A DNA stretch of 20,000 bases, taken from Chiloscyllium plagiosum. Lineage: Eukaryota. This document shows positions 1-9,891 of this stretch, piece after piece (the stretch's first letter is position 1; every line of letters starts with the position of its first letter). The stretch spans positions 23,218,583 to 23,238,582 of the forward strand of contig NC_057749.1 in NCBI RefSeq assembly GCF_004010195.1. The letters are read 5' to 3'. The notes beneath the pieces were generated by a model. It saw nothing but the letters and a program-made list of their open reading frames with translations. It ran no database searches and was not told where the DNA came from. A program made the position numbers and the translations under genes.

Positions 1-169
1 TCATTCCATAATTTTGTAAATAAATCCTGTTTGTTTAAAACTTGGCAGTTGGACCAGCTAATTACCTCCGGGAATATCAACTATATACTTACCTGAAACA
101 ATTAGCACAGTTACAGTCTGGGGTACCTGCTTATAAAATGTTTTGAGGGGTCCGGCGTAGTCCATGACA
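1..169 (+). mobile_element. 3' end of an LTR (family A), truncated by the window edge
   Basis: AATAAA at 19-24 and a terminus at ...GTCCATGACA (CA at 168-169). Resembles shark Gypsy-type LTR ends from memory. It abuts the middle of a different LTR. Confidence 0.5.
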
Positions 170-334
170 CCTGACTGGGGCTGTTAACCTGGTCCAATCA
201 GGGTGCCTGGCTGATAAAGAGGAGTGTCAGGAGTTATGCTCACTCTGAAGAACCTGGGTCAGTGTCAAGTACTATGCATGTGTAAGTAAAGGGTGACTTG
301 GTGATAGGATAGCGGCTTCTATGTCGTTTCTTCA
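170..334 (+). mobile_element. 3' part of a short LTR (family B), interrupted by LTR A
   Basis: AGGGTGACTTGGTGATAGGATA...TTCA matches the reverse complement of the TG..CA elements at 10355-10585 and 12256-12461. Confidence 0.65.
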
Positions 335-965
335 TATGTAAGACCTTTAGTGTTTTTTTCCCCTCAGGATCATGTGATCCTTTAAATAGAATTACATACA
401 TTATTTGCTCAGTAATGATGTCACTGGGTAGCTAGTCAATCTGCTTTTCATTTCTCTTTGTCACTCTTCTCTTTAAAGAAGTACAATGCAATAACAATAG
501 AGAATGTTGGGAAAAAACCTCAGGTATGGCTGCATTCTTTCTCTGTGGAATTCAATAGGACAATTTTCTGAACTGAAAGAGAGGGGTAATTATTTTTTAA
601 TACTGTTGACAAGGTGGGAAGAGGAGCAAGTAGAACAGACAGTGAGGATGTCCATAGCAAAAGGGGAAGGGATTGCTAATAATAGTTGAGGAGAGATGTA
701 GATACAGAATAGGTGTGAATAGTAGAAAGTAGATCAATTTTGCTGAGAGGAAACCCATGCAAATAAGACACTGTGAGGTTGAATGGAAGGTACTGTTCAT
801 GGTCTGAAGCTATTGCATGCAATGTTAGGTCCTGAAGATTGTAAAGTGCCTAAAGAGAAAGTGAGGTGCTTTCCATGGGCTTCACTGGAATACTACAGCA
901 TGCCAAGGATGGAAATGGGAGCAAGAGAGCAATATGGTGTACTGAAATGGCAAGCAACTGGAAGG

Positions 966-1182
966 AAGTCAGGCAGCATCCAAGGAGCAGGAGAATTGAC
1001 ATATCAGAAATGAGCCCTTCTTCAGGAAGGGCTCATGATGGCAAACGTTTGTCCTTCCTGAAGAAGGGCTCATGCCCGAAACGTTGATTCTCCTGCTCCT
1101 TGGATGCTGCCTGACCTGCTGCGCTTTTCCAGCAACACATTTTCAGCTCTGATCTGCAGCATCTGCAGTTCCTCACTTTCTC
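966..1182 (+). mobile_element. Short PLE insertion (family A pseudo-LTR) with an inverted 5' copy
   Basis: 968-1028 is the reverse complement of ~1055-1115. 15-bp direct repeat CAAGCAACTGGAAGG at 951-965 and 1183-1197. The same tail occurs at 6471-6601 and 19497-19625. Confidence 0.85.
1056..1087 (+). ncRNA. Minimal type I hammerhead ribozyme motif (PLE family A)
   Basis: TC-CTGAAGA-A-GGGC(TCAT)GCCC-GAAA-C-GTT-GA. The core is intact, stem II is 4 bp and stem III is the palindrome ACGT; stem I is only about 2 bp. Confidence 0.65.
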
Positions 1183-1241
1183 CAAGCAACTGGAAGGTTA
1201 AGGTCCATTCTTATGGACAGAGCGGCCATCCATTCTGCATT

Positions 1242-3279
1242 TAGAGTCATAAAGATGTACAGCATGGAAACTGGCCCTTTGGTCTAACTCGTCCATGCTG
1301 ACCAGATATCCCAACCCAATCTAGTCCCACCTGCCAGCACCTGGCTCATATCCCTCCAAACCCTTCCTATTCATATACCCATCCAGATGCCTTTTAAATG
1401 GTGCAATTGTACCAGCCTCCACCACTTTCTCTGGCAGCTTATTCCATCTTTCCTTTGCATGAAAAATTGCCCCTTAGGTCTCTTTTATATCTTTCCCCTC
1501 TCACCCTAAGCCTATGCCCTCTAGTTCTGGACTCCCCAACCCCAGGCAAAACACCTTGTTTATTTATCCTATCCATGTCATTCATGATTGTATAAACCTC
1601 GATAAGGTCTCCCCTCAGTCTTTGATGCTCCAGAGAAAACAGCCCCAGCCTATTCAACCTCTCCCTGTAGCTCAAACCTCCAACCCTGGCAACATCCTTG
1701 TAAATCTTTTCTGAACCCTTTCAAGTTTCACAGAAGGAGACCAGAATTGCATGCCAAAAGTGGCCTAACCGCAACATGACCTCCCAACTCCTCCACTCAA
1801 GACTCTGACCAATAAAGGAAAGCATACCAAATGCCTTCTTCATTATCCTATCTACCTGGAACTCTACTTTCAAGGAGCTATGAACCTGTACTCCAAGGTC
1901 TCTTTGTTCAGCAACACTCCCCGATTTGTTTTCCCAAAATGCAACATCTCACCTTTATCTAAATTAAACTACATCTGCCATTCCTTAGCCCATTGGCCCA
2001 TCTGATCAAGATCCCATTGTAATCTGAGGTAACCTTCTTCACTGTGCACTACACCTCCAATTTTGGTGTCATCTGCAAACTTACTAACTATACCTCGTAT
2101 ATTCGCATCCAAATCATTTATATAGATGACAAAACGTAGTGGACCCAGCACCGATCCTTGTGGCACTCCACTGGTCACAGGCCTCCAGTCTGAAAAACAA
2201 TCCTCCACCACCACCCTCTGTCTTCTACCTTTGAGCCAGTTCTGTATCCAAATGGTTAGTTCTCCCTGTATTCCGTGAGATCTAACCTTACTAATCAATC
2301 TCCCATGGGGAACCTTGTCGAACACCTTACTGAAGTCCATATAGATCCCATCTATCATTCTGCCTTCATCAATCCTCTTAGTTACTTCTTCAAAAAACTC
2401 AATCAAGTTTGTGAGACATGATTTCCCACGCACAAAGCCATGTTGACTATCCTGAATCAGTCCTTGCCTTTCCAAATACATGTACATCCTGTCCCTCAGG
2501 ATTCCCTCCAACAACTTGCCCACCACCGATGTCAGGCTCACCAGTCTATAGTTTCCTGGCTTGTCCTTACCACTTTTCTTAAATAGTGGCACCACGTTTG
2601 CTAACCTCCAGTCTTCCAGCACCTCACCTGTGACTATCAATGATACAAATATCTCAGCAAGGGGCCCAGTAATCACTTCTCTAGCTTCCCACAGAGTTCT
2701 AGGGTACACCTGATCAGGTCCTGGGGATTTATTCACCCTTACGCATTTCAAGACATCCAGCACTTCCTCCTCTGTAATATGGACATTTTGCAAGATGTCA
2801 CCACCTATTTCCCCACATTCTATATCTTCCATGTCCTTCTCCACAGTAAACACTGATGCAAAATACTTGTTTAGTATCTCCTCCATTTCCTGCGGCTCTG
2901 CACAAAGGCCGCCTTGCTGATCTTTGAGGGGCCCTATTCTCTCTCTAGTTACCCTTTTGTCAATGTATTTGTAAAAACACTTTGGATTCTCTTTAACTCT
3001 ATTTGCCAAAGCTATCTCATGTCCCCTTTTTGCCCTCTTGATTTCCTTCTTAGGTATACTTCTACTTCCTTTATACTCTTCTAAGGATTCACTCGATCTC
3101 TGCTGTCTATGCTTGACATATGCTTCCTTCTTTTTCTTAACCAAACCCTCAATTTCTCAAGTCATCCAGTATTCCCTAAACCTACCAGCCTTTCCTTTCA
3201 CCCTCAGAGGAACGCATTGTGTCTGGACTCTTGTTATCTCATTCCTGAAGGCTTCCCGTTTTCCAGCCATCCCTTTACC
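1242..3279 (-). mobile_element. 5'-truncated CR1-clade LINE (HER1-like)
   Basis: RT domain, C-terminal ERLNRLGLFSLE..RLRGDLIEVY motif (ORF 1439-1675), and a 3' UTR ending ...GCTGTACATCTTTATGACTCTA. Confidence 0.95.
1969..3144 (-). pseudogene. CR1 ORF2 reverse transcriptase fragment (391 aa open; stop codons on both sides, deletions downstream, no endonuclease)
   Basis: Motifs KSPGPD, PGNYRLVSLTS, QHGF, YMDFSKVFDKVPH, GVPQGSVLGP and FADDTK. Premature TAG at 1969-1971 where WQMxFN continues; in-frame stop at 3157-3159 upstream. Confidence 0.93.
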
Positions 3280-3703
3280 AATGTAAAGAGTACCGCTTTG
3301 AGAGCGACAAATACAAGAGGCTAGATTGCGAAAGGTACAAGTAATTTGCTGCTTCACCTGGAAGGAGTGTTTGGGGTCTTTGACAGTGAAAAGGGAGGAG
3401 GTCAAAGGGCAAATACCATGACTCACTGGGCTAGAAAATCAAACCTCACCATTTCTGCAGTCATTGAAGATAAGAGAAAATTTAGTCAAACTATCCAAAA
3501 TCCTCAATCTGCCTGTTTGATGATCTCAGGTTAAAAGATTCAAAACTCACCAAGTTTCTGCAATCAATAAGAAAGTAACTGTTTCTTATTATGACCAAAT
3601 TGTCTTTGATCTATGCTAATTAGGAAAGATGAATTGTTAACTTGTGAATCTGCAAATTAAAGTCTACCCCTTCTTAAATTCTCTCTGGCAGACACAGACA
3701 AGT

Positions 3704-3999
3704 GGGTGGCACGGTGGCACAGCGGTTAGCACTGCTGCCTCACAGCGCCAGAGACCCGGGTTCAATTCACGCCTCAGGCAACTGACTGTGTGGAGTTTGC
3801 ACGTTCTCCCCGTGTCTGCGTCGGTTTCCTCCCACAGTCCAAAGATGTGCAGGTCAGGCGAATTGGCCATGCTAAATTGCCCATAGTGTTAGGTAAGGGG
3901 TACATGTAGGGGTATGGGTGGGTTGTGCTTCGGCGGGTCGGTGTGGACTTGTTGGGCCGAAGGGCCTGTTTCCACACTGTAAGTAATCTAATCTAATCT
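3704..3999 (+). mobile_element. HE1-like tRNA-derived V-SINE, (AATCT)n tail subtype
   Basis: A box TGGCACAGCGG, B box GGTTCAATTC, V-domain TGTGTGGAGTTTGCACGTTCTCCCCGTG and a CR1-like tail. Possible TSD GACAAG at 3697-3702 and 4000-4005. Confidence 0.93.
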
Positions 4000-4313
4000 G
4001 ACAAGACACAAAAATACAGACAAAACGTGGATAGTAAGGATATTAAAAAAATCAGAGAAGCACAATTTGCTCGCACATGTCTGGACCACAGGATTCATTG
4101 AGTTGCTTCCTTTCCCTTCCCTTTTAGTTTAGTTTCAGCTCTTTACTGTCGACACAAAGGTATTTGTGTAACAACGCTTTGTTTAATTTACTGGTTGAGC
4201 ATGCATCCTCTCACTTTCTTTAAATGCATTTTATTTCTCCTTCAACGTGGGATTTGAAGATAAAGGTGATCGAAAGGCAGCTGATTGTAACCGAAAACCT
4301 TTCAGTACTTCCG

Positions 4314-4317
<4 letters not shown>

Positions 4318-4348
<31 letters not shown>
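4318..4348. repeat. (AG)n microsatellite, about 15 units
   Basis: Seen directly in the sequence. Confidence 0.97.
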
Positions 4349-4352
<4 letters not shown>

Positions 4353-4543
4353 ACAAAGAGAGATTTTTCGATGCTTTCTCTTTGCATGCTGCTGGTTCAT
4401 TGCTGCACTAGCCCCACACAAGCATTGATCGCGTAGTCAGGAGCGAGAGCGATGTTTTCAAGCAGTTTTCCTCCAGTTCAGAATCCACCAGTGTTGTGAT
4501 ATCTGCTATTGCTCACACTGTTCCAGGAAAAGTATACACTTTG

Positions 4544-4845
4544 GGGTGGCACGGTGGCACAGTGGTTAGCACTGCTGCCTCACAGAGGTAGGGGAGGCCC
4601 AGGTTCAATTCCCGCTTTGGACAACTGTCTGTGTGGCGTTTGCACATTCTCCCCGTGTCTGCACGGGTTTCCTCCCACAGTCCAAAGATGTGCAGGTTAA
4701 GTGAATTGACCATGCTAAATTGCCCATAGTGTTAGGTGGATTAGTCAGGGTAAATATAGAGGGGGTGGGTTTCTCTTCAGAGGGTTGGTGTGGACTTGTT
4801 AGACCGAAGGGCCTGTTTCCATGCTATAGGTAATCTAATCTAATC
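4544..4845 (+). mobile_element. HE1-like SINE, (AATCT)n tail subtype
   Basis: Same head, V-domain and tail as 3704-3999. Confidence 0.92.
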
Positions 4846-4975
4846 AAAGTACTCCAGTAAACGTGTTTTTTTAAATTACAGGCATCTCTTTGTGCAGTCT
4901 CCTTGGTTTAAAGCAGTATTTTTGTTTCCTAGTCTACAGTCCAAACATAAAGGAAATGTAAAGATATTGCACCCA

Positions 4976-5348
4976 AGGTTGAGGGGTGACCTTATAGAAG
5001 TCTGTAAAATCATGAGGGGCATGGATAGGGTGAATAGGCATTTTTTTCTCCCCCAGGGTAGGGGTCCAAAACTAGAAGGTATAGGTGAGAGGGAAAAGAT
5101 TTTAAAAAGAGCAAAGATGCAGACTGTGTTGCATGTACAGAATAAGTTGCCACACAAAGTGATGGAGGTTGGTACACTTACAACTTTTAGAAAGCATCTG
5201 GATGGGTTTATAAATAGAAAGGATTTGGAGGGATATGGGCCAAATGCTGGCAAATGTGACTGCATTAATTAAGGATATCCGGTCGGCATGGACAAGTTGG
5301 ACCGAAGGATCTGTTTCTGTGCTGTATAGCTCTATGACTGTGACTCTA
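4976..5348 (+). mobile_element. CR1 LINE 3' fragment
   Basis: RLRGDLIEVCKIMRGMDRV motif, and a 3' UTR ending CTATGACTGTGACTCTA that is homologous to 1242-1620. Confidence 0.9.
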
Positions 5349-5457
5349 CACTCCTCCATCCTTCAAAGATGAAATGTCATTCGAAAATTGCATTTCATCA
5401 CAAGGTATGCGGTAGACCCACAACAATAAAACAAGATTTATATCCAACTATTCATAC

Positions 5458-5678
5458 CTCCCCCTTATACAAGTTTGATAGAATCTGTTACCATCTCTTA
5501 AATTCTTGGTCGTATCAATAGACTTTAGCTGGACAGTCTTGCATTTTAGCATCTTAATTTTCCGATTAAAATTATTTGTCAAAGAGAAAATCATTTGGTT
5601 CTGTGCGCACAGTCTCTTCACCCAAATAAAAACAATGTCAATCCAGGATAATAATATCGCCAAAATGTTCACTTGAAG
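5458..5678 (-). CDS. Candidate 221-nt internal exon of an unidentified host gene
   Basis: Minus strand: acceptor ttttttTAG|CTT and donor GAG|GTATGA, with one frame fully open (LQVNILAILLSWIDIVFIWVKRLC...FYQTCIRG). It lies in non-repeat DNA. I do not recognise a homologue. Confidence 0.35.
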
Positions 5679-6456
5679 CTAAAAAAATTAACTTTATTGG
5701 GTTCTGCAGTTAATTCCTCTACATCAGTGTCTAAGATTATACTAAATTAATCTGTCTCCCAGGTCAATGTTCTTGGATTAGAATAATTGAATTCTTCCTG
5801 TGATTCTAACTCAAATAAATACTTGAGTAAAATCATCCTCAAGATACGACTAGAAACACTTCACGACAATTCCACCATCAGGTCCATTTCCCTATTTTCA
5901 GCTGCAGTAGCTGGTTCTATCACAGTTATTTCACTAAAGTCCACTTGCTCAGATTAGAAGAGAGACCTGATTACTCCAAATAGCTGATCAGCATTTGAGT
6001 TAAACAACAGAACCTCACTGGGACATTTATTATTCAGAACCATCACATCAGATTCAAAAATCTACTTCCAGAGGCCCACTTCTGAAACATTGGTCTGAGC
6101 TCCACACGCCCATTCCTTTGAGGCAACAGCATTTAAAACTTTTCACTGTATGATTTTTGTCAAAAATGATTAAATTGCTTTTTTGCTCATCAAACTGAAT
6201 ATCAGGAAAACAATCAGTGTGAGGAATTTGAATCTCTGTTGCTTCTTGTTTTGTTCCCAGGTTTAACAGTTCTAATCAAATTTAATTAGTCAAACTCAAT
6301 ACATTTCCTGTTTTACCTGAATGTATGCCCTGATCCCCTCTGTCAGCATCACCTGAGAATTTTCCCACTTCAAAGCCGACATCAAACATTCTAAGAAATA
6401 TTGACATTCTGGAATTCCTTCAGACTATGTTTCAGTGGTGAGCTGCCTGTCCTGAT

Positions 6457-6601
6457 TCTTCATCAGGAATCATTCCAGATGAAGGGCTTATGCCTGAAAT
6501 GTCGATTCTCCTGCTCCTCGGATGCTGCCTGACCTGCTGTGCTTTTCCAGCAACACATTTTCAACTCTGATCTCCAGTATCTGCAGTCCTCACTTTCTCC
6601 T
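6457..6601 (+). mobile_element. PLE family A terminal fragment with a short inverted head; hammerhead core mutated
   Basis: TCTTCATCAGGAAT followed by CATTCCAGATGAAGGGCTTATGCCTGAAATGTCGATTC... (CAGATGA instead of CTGATGA). Confidence 0.85.
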
Positions 6602-6616
6602 CCTCAATAAAAAAAG

Positions 6617-6862
6617 GCATGAGGGGCAACCTTTTTAGACAGAGAGTGATTCATGTATGGAATGAACTTTCAGAGGAATGATGGATGCAAGTACAGTTAC
6701 GACATTTAAAAGACATTTGATATGAATGAGAAATGTTTGGAGGGATATGGGCAAAGCGCAGGCAGGTGGAACTAGTTTTGTTTGGGATTATGGTCAGCAT
6801 AGACTATTTGGACTGATGGGACTATTTCCATGCTGTATGACTCCATGATGTTCTATGACTCC
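6617..6862 (+). mobile_element. CR1 LINE 3' fragment
   Basis: GAGGGGCAACCTTTT...GGAGGGATATGGG...CTATGACTCC, homologous to the other CR1 ends in the window. Confidence 0.85.
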
Positions 6863-6989
6863 GTAACTATCTAAAACCACCAACTTGCCTGATAGGGGAA
6901 CTCACCTTAAAGCAAAACAGTTACTAGGTTTCTGAACTTAATATATTTTTTAAAAATCTGTTTGTTATTAAAAAATGTCAGACTAACGG

Positions 6990-7422
6990 AAAAGATGCAA
7001 CGGACATCGAGAAAATGGGAGAATGGGATGAAATCCTTACAGGAAGCAGAGTGTGAAGAAATGTAGCCAAGGCAACTGTGGGAGTTGATGAGTTTGTAAT
7101 AGATATTGGTAGTCAGCTTATCCCAGAATTGACATAGCAGAGAAGGAAGGGAAGGCAAGAATTCATCCATTGCATCTTTCTGCTGATGCTGCCTTCTACA
7201 AGGCTACCTCTGACATGTTCTCCTTTTGACTGCTTGTGTGGAATACCTCTGCTCTAACCATAAGAATGACACCAACCTTCCAATTTCTTGCCATTTCAAT
7301 GCATCGTCTTTCTCTCAGGATTACATTTCTGTTGGAAGCTTAGGGTAGTACCATACTGAATCACACGCAAATTAGATTTTCCATTTAGGCACTTTATATC
7401 CTAAGGACTCAATACTGAGTTC
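6990..7422. mobile_element. Degenerate PLE coding remnant with an inverted 5' segment
   Basis: 6990-7156 (minus) gives DKLTTNIYYKLINSHSCLGYISSHSASCKDFIPFSHFL, the PLE RT thumb. 7166-7422 (plus) continues into decayed GIY-YIG-like sequence. Confidence 0.65.
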
Positions 7423-7708
7423 TGGTTTTATTTCAGATCTACTTTGCAGTTACTTGAGTGCAACGCAGTGTTAACTAATTTTTTAAATCCTTTTTGATTA
7501 CTTTTGTTTGCTTTATATTTTTCTGTCATTGTTCCTTTACTGGCTTTGGCCCTTTTTAAAATCATAATTTTCAGAACTACTAGCTCATAGTTACAGAGAT
7601 TTTGCCTGAAGAAGTAATGACACTCTGATGACGCCACTCTACCTTTGTGCTGACCTGGAGAAGAAAAGTGGTAGAACCTTCTGAGGTCTGGATACAGGTA
7701 TTCTTATT

Positions 7709-8234
7709 GTACAAAGTTAAAAATCACACAACACCAGGTTATAGCCCAACAGGTTTAATTGGAAGCACACACTTTATGGGCGGCACGGTGGCACAGTGGT
7801 TAGCACTGCTGCCTCACAGCGCCAGAGACCCGGGTTCAATTCCCACCTCAGGTGACTCTCTGTGTGGAGTTTGCACATTCTCCCCGTGACTGCGTGGGTT
7901 TCCTCCGGGTGCTCTGGTTTCCTCCCACAGTCCAAAAATGTGCAGGTTAGGTGGATTGGCCATGCTAAATTGCCCATAGTGTTAGATGAAGGGGTAAATG
8001 TAGGGGGATGGGTCTAGGTGGGTTGTGCTTCAGTGGGTTGGTGTGGACTTGTTGGGCCGAAGGGCCTGTTTCCACACTGAGAGTAAAGCTTTCAGATCGT
8101 TGCTTCTTCATCAGGTGAAGGAGTGAGGGTCTGAAAGCTAGTGTGCTTCCAATTAAACCTGTTGGACTATAACCTGGTGTTGTGTGATTTTTAACTTTGT
8201 ACCCAGTCCAACACCGGCATCTCCAAATCATGAC
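7709..8234 (+). mobile_element. Palindromic PLE-derived element (family C) interrupted by a SINE
   Basis: 7710-7770 is the reverse complement of 8141-8201 with one mismatch. Hammerhead-like remnants at 8087-8143. TSD TTCTTATTGTA at 7701-7711 and 8235-8245. Confidence 0.85.
7778..8079 (+). mobile_element. HE1-like SINE nested in the left arm of the family C PLE
   Basis: Full A/B boxes and V-domain; the tail lacks terminal tandem repeats. Confidence 0.93.
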
Positions 8235-8402
8235 TTCTTATTGTAGAAATTATATTCCTAAGTGTCTTCAATTCCTTTTTCAAAGCACTTTGAAGCTGTG
8301 CCATCAGAATTATTGAACCATGTTTTTTTTTAATGACCAGAACAGTTTGTTTTTAAAAGAGGGAAAAAGAGAGAGGTGGAGAACTCTTGGTAACCTTTGT
8401 TT

Positions 8403-8668
8403 TTGATTGTATTTGTAACGTTAGACTTTTTATCCTTGAGTAAAGGGACTCCACCAAAATTTATTGCATCTTGAATGAACTTAGATTTTCGTCAAAAAAT
8501 AAATAGCCTTGTCTTCCGGCTATCTGCAACTCTGTTGATTGTATTTGTAACGTTAGACTTTTTATCCTTGAGTAAAGGGACTCCACCCCAAAATTTATTG
8601 CATCTTGAATGAACTTAGATTTTCGTCAAAAAATAAATAGCCTTGTCTTCCGGCTATCTGCAGCTCTG
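8403..8668. repeat. Tandem duplication, 2 copies (132 and 134 bp)
   Basis: 8403-8534 and 8535-8668 differ by a 2-nt C-run indel and one A/G substitution. Confidence 0.96.
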
Positions 8669-8845
8669 TTTGCCTGCCGTCATAGAATTAGATACTGCTG
8701 ACAGTCTGAATGGTTTAATGTGCAGAGCGGTTGTTCAGCTGTTCTTCAATTAGTTTTCTAACTGTCTGAGATCTTTGAGACTACTTTCAAAGAGAGCCAC
8801 CCCTGCAAACCATGGTGTGGGTTCCGCCTCCAGAAAGATACTTAC

Positions 8846-8941
8846 CTGACCATGGCAGTATTTATGGTTATCCCTCATAATGTAAGAAACAAAGTGTGGA
8901 TAATGGTATTGAAGTGTCCAACAGATGTTTATTACAACTCA
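8846..8941 (-). other. Candidate upstream exon with a consensus splice donor
   Basis: Minus-strand CAG|GTAAGT at 8846/8845 and a possible acceptor TTTAATAG at 8942. The ATG at 8878 gives MRDNHKYCHGQ in phase 0, compatible with the 5458-5678 exon. Confidence 0.3.
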
Positions 8942-9621
8942 CTATTAAATACAAAGTTTACATTCACGGGCACATAGTGTACACAGGCTAACATTAGGAT
9001 ATAAAGATCAGTATACTCCTATTGGTATGCTATGCTTCAAGTGATCTTAAGGTGGATTCTGAGATCTTTATACCATGTTACATGTTATTATCCAGTGATA
9101 ATATGAGCATGTCCTTTTAAGGTTTACTGACACACTATCTATGAGACTCTTGTCAGTTACAGCTCCTATACATCCAATATTTGTTTCTTTACTTTCTGCA
9201 TCACTCTGTCCTATTCCTATCTCATCTGTCATTTAACTGCTACTGTTTTCCATCCTTGCCTTCATTCTTTCATTTGCCCCAGCACTCCTCCTCTTTCCCC
9301 TATAACCTTTGTACATTCTGCAGTGGAAACTGTTACATCTCTGTTACCTTGCAGTTCTGATCGTACATCATTGACCTGGAATGTTGTCCTGAGGCTTCCA
9401 GTTCAGCCAATGTAAAGCCAAGACCCAGAAGGGTGGGCCTTATTTTCTTTTTTCATCTCCTAATCCTCTGCCAGACATCAACTAACTCGATTGTTGCCTG
9501 AAAAGAAGTACTCAAATCTTTTACCCAGGTGTGCTTCCCTTGTGTGACAGACAAAAGGCAGGGAACTGACATGGAATTTAATTAAACAAGCGTTTCTTTA
9601 TTTAACCCTTTCAGTACTAAT

Positions 9622-9891
9622 TGGATGTAGGTTTGCTCACTGAGCTGCAAGGTCCATTTCCAGACGTTCCGTTACCCTACTAGGTAACATCTTTAGTGGG
9701 CCATTCAGTGGAAATGATATCACCAACCCAAAGAACATATAAATAGGAAGCAGGAATTTTCAGCATTGCTTCGCCTGAGGCCCACTGAAGATGTTACCTA
9801 CTGGGTAACGAAACGTCTGGAAATGAACCTTGCAGCTCAGCGAGTAAACCTACATCCAAAACCTCAACCCGAACTATAAATCTTCTCAAAA
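9622..9891 (+). mobile_element. Palindromic PLE-derived element (family B)
   Basis: Inverted arms at ~9622-9702 and ~9779-9858. 14-bp direct repeat CTTTCAGTACTAAT at 9608-9621 and 9892-9905. Confidence 0.88.
9782..9820 (+). ncRNA. Minimal type I hammerhead ribozyme motif, apparently intact
   Basis: CCA-CTGAAGA-T-GTTACC(TACTG)GGTAAC-GAAA-C-GTC-TGG: 3-bp stem I, 6-bp stem II, palindromic ACGT stem III and a GUC cleavage triplet. Confidence 0.8.

Larger units (their letters stand above)
493..3415 (-). mobile_element. Old degenerate Penelope-like element (GIY-YIG region plus 3' end), split by a young PLE insert (966-1182) and a CR1 LINE (1242-3279)
   Basis: 3280-3415 on the minus strand translates CPLTSSLFTVKDPKHSFQVKQQITCTFRNLASCICRSQSGTLYIG, the PLE GIY-YIG start (FTC...VYCIRC..C..LYIG). 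The sequence resumes at ~1241 and runs down to a decayed PLE tail near 493-575. Confidence 0.7.

Noticed and set aside
1969..3144. RT ORF as a retron, DGR or domesticated gene
   Set aside because: The motifs and the contiguous 3' UTR are those of a CR1 LINE; it is bounded by premature stops and followed by deletions.
3427..3430. 4-nt microexon (TAG|CCCA|GTGAGT, minus)
   Set aside because: Only 19 nt from the preceding candidate donor, too short for an intron.
3704..3780. tRNA genes at SINE heads
   Set aside because: A/B boxes are present but run into the V-domain and LINE tail; there is no complete cloverleaf or Pol III terminator.
8403..8668. CRISPR-like or satellite array
   Set aside because: Only two adjacent copies, no spacers, and a eukaryotic context.
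8838..8848. ATACTTACCTG as the U1 snRNA 5' end (also at 85-95)
   Set aside because: The match stops after 11 nt. It is the complement of the splice-donor consensus, and the 85-95 copy lies in an LTR.
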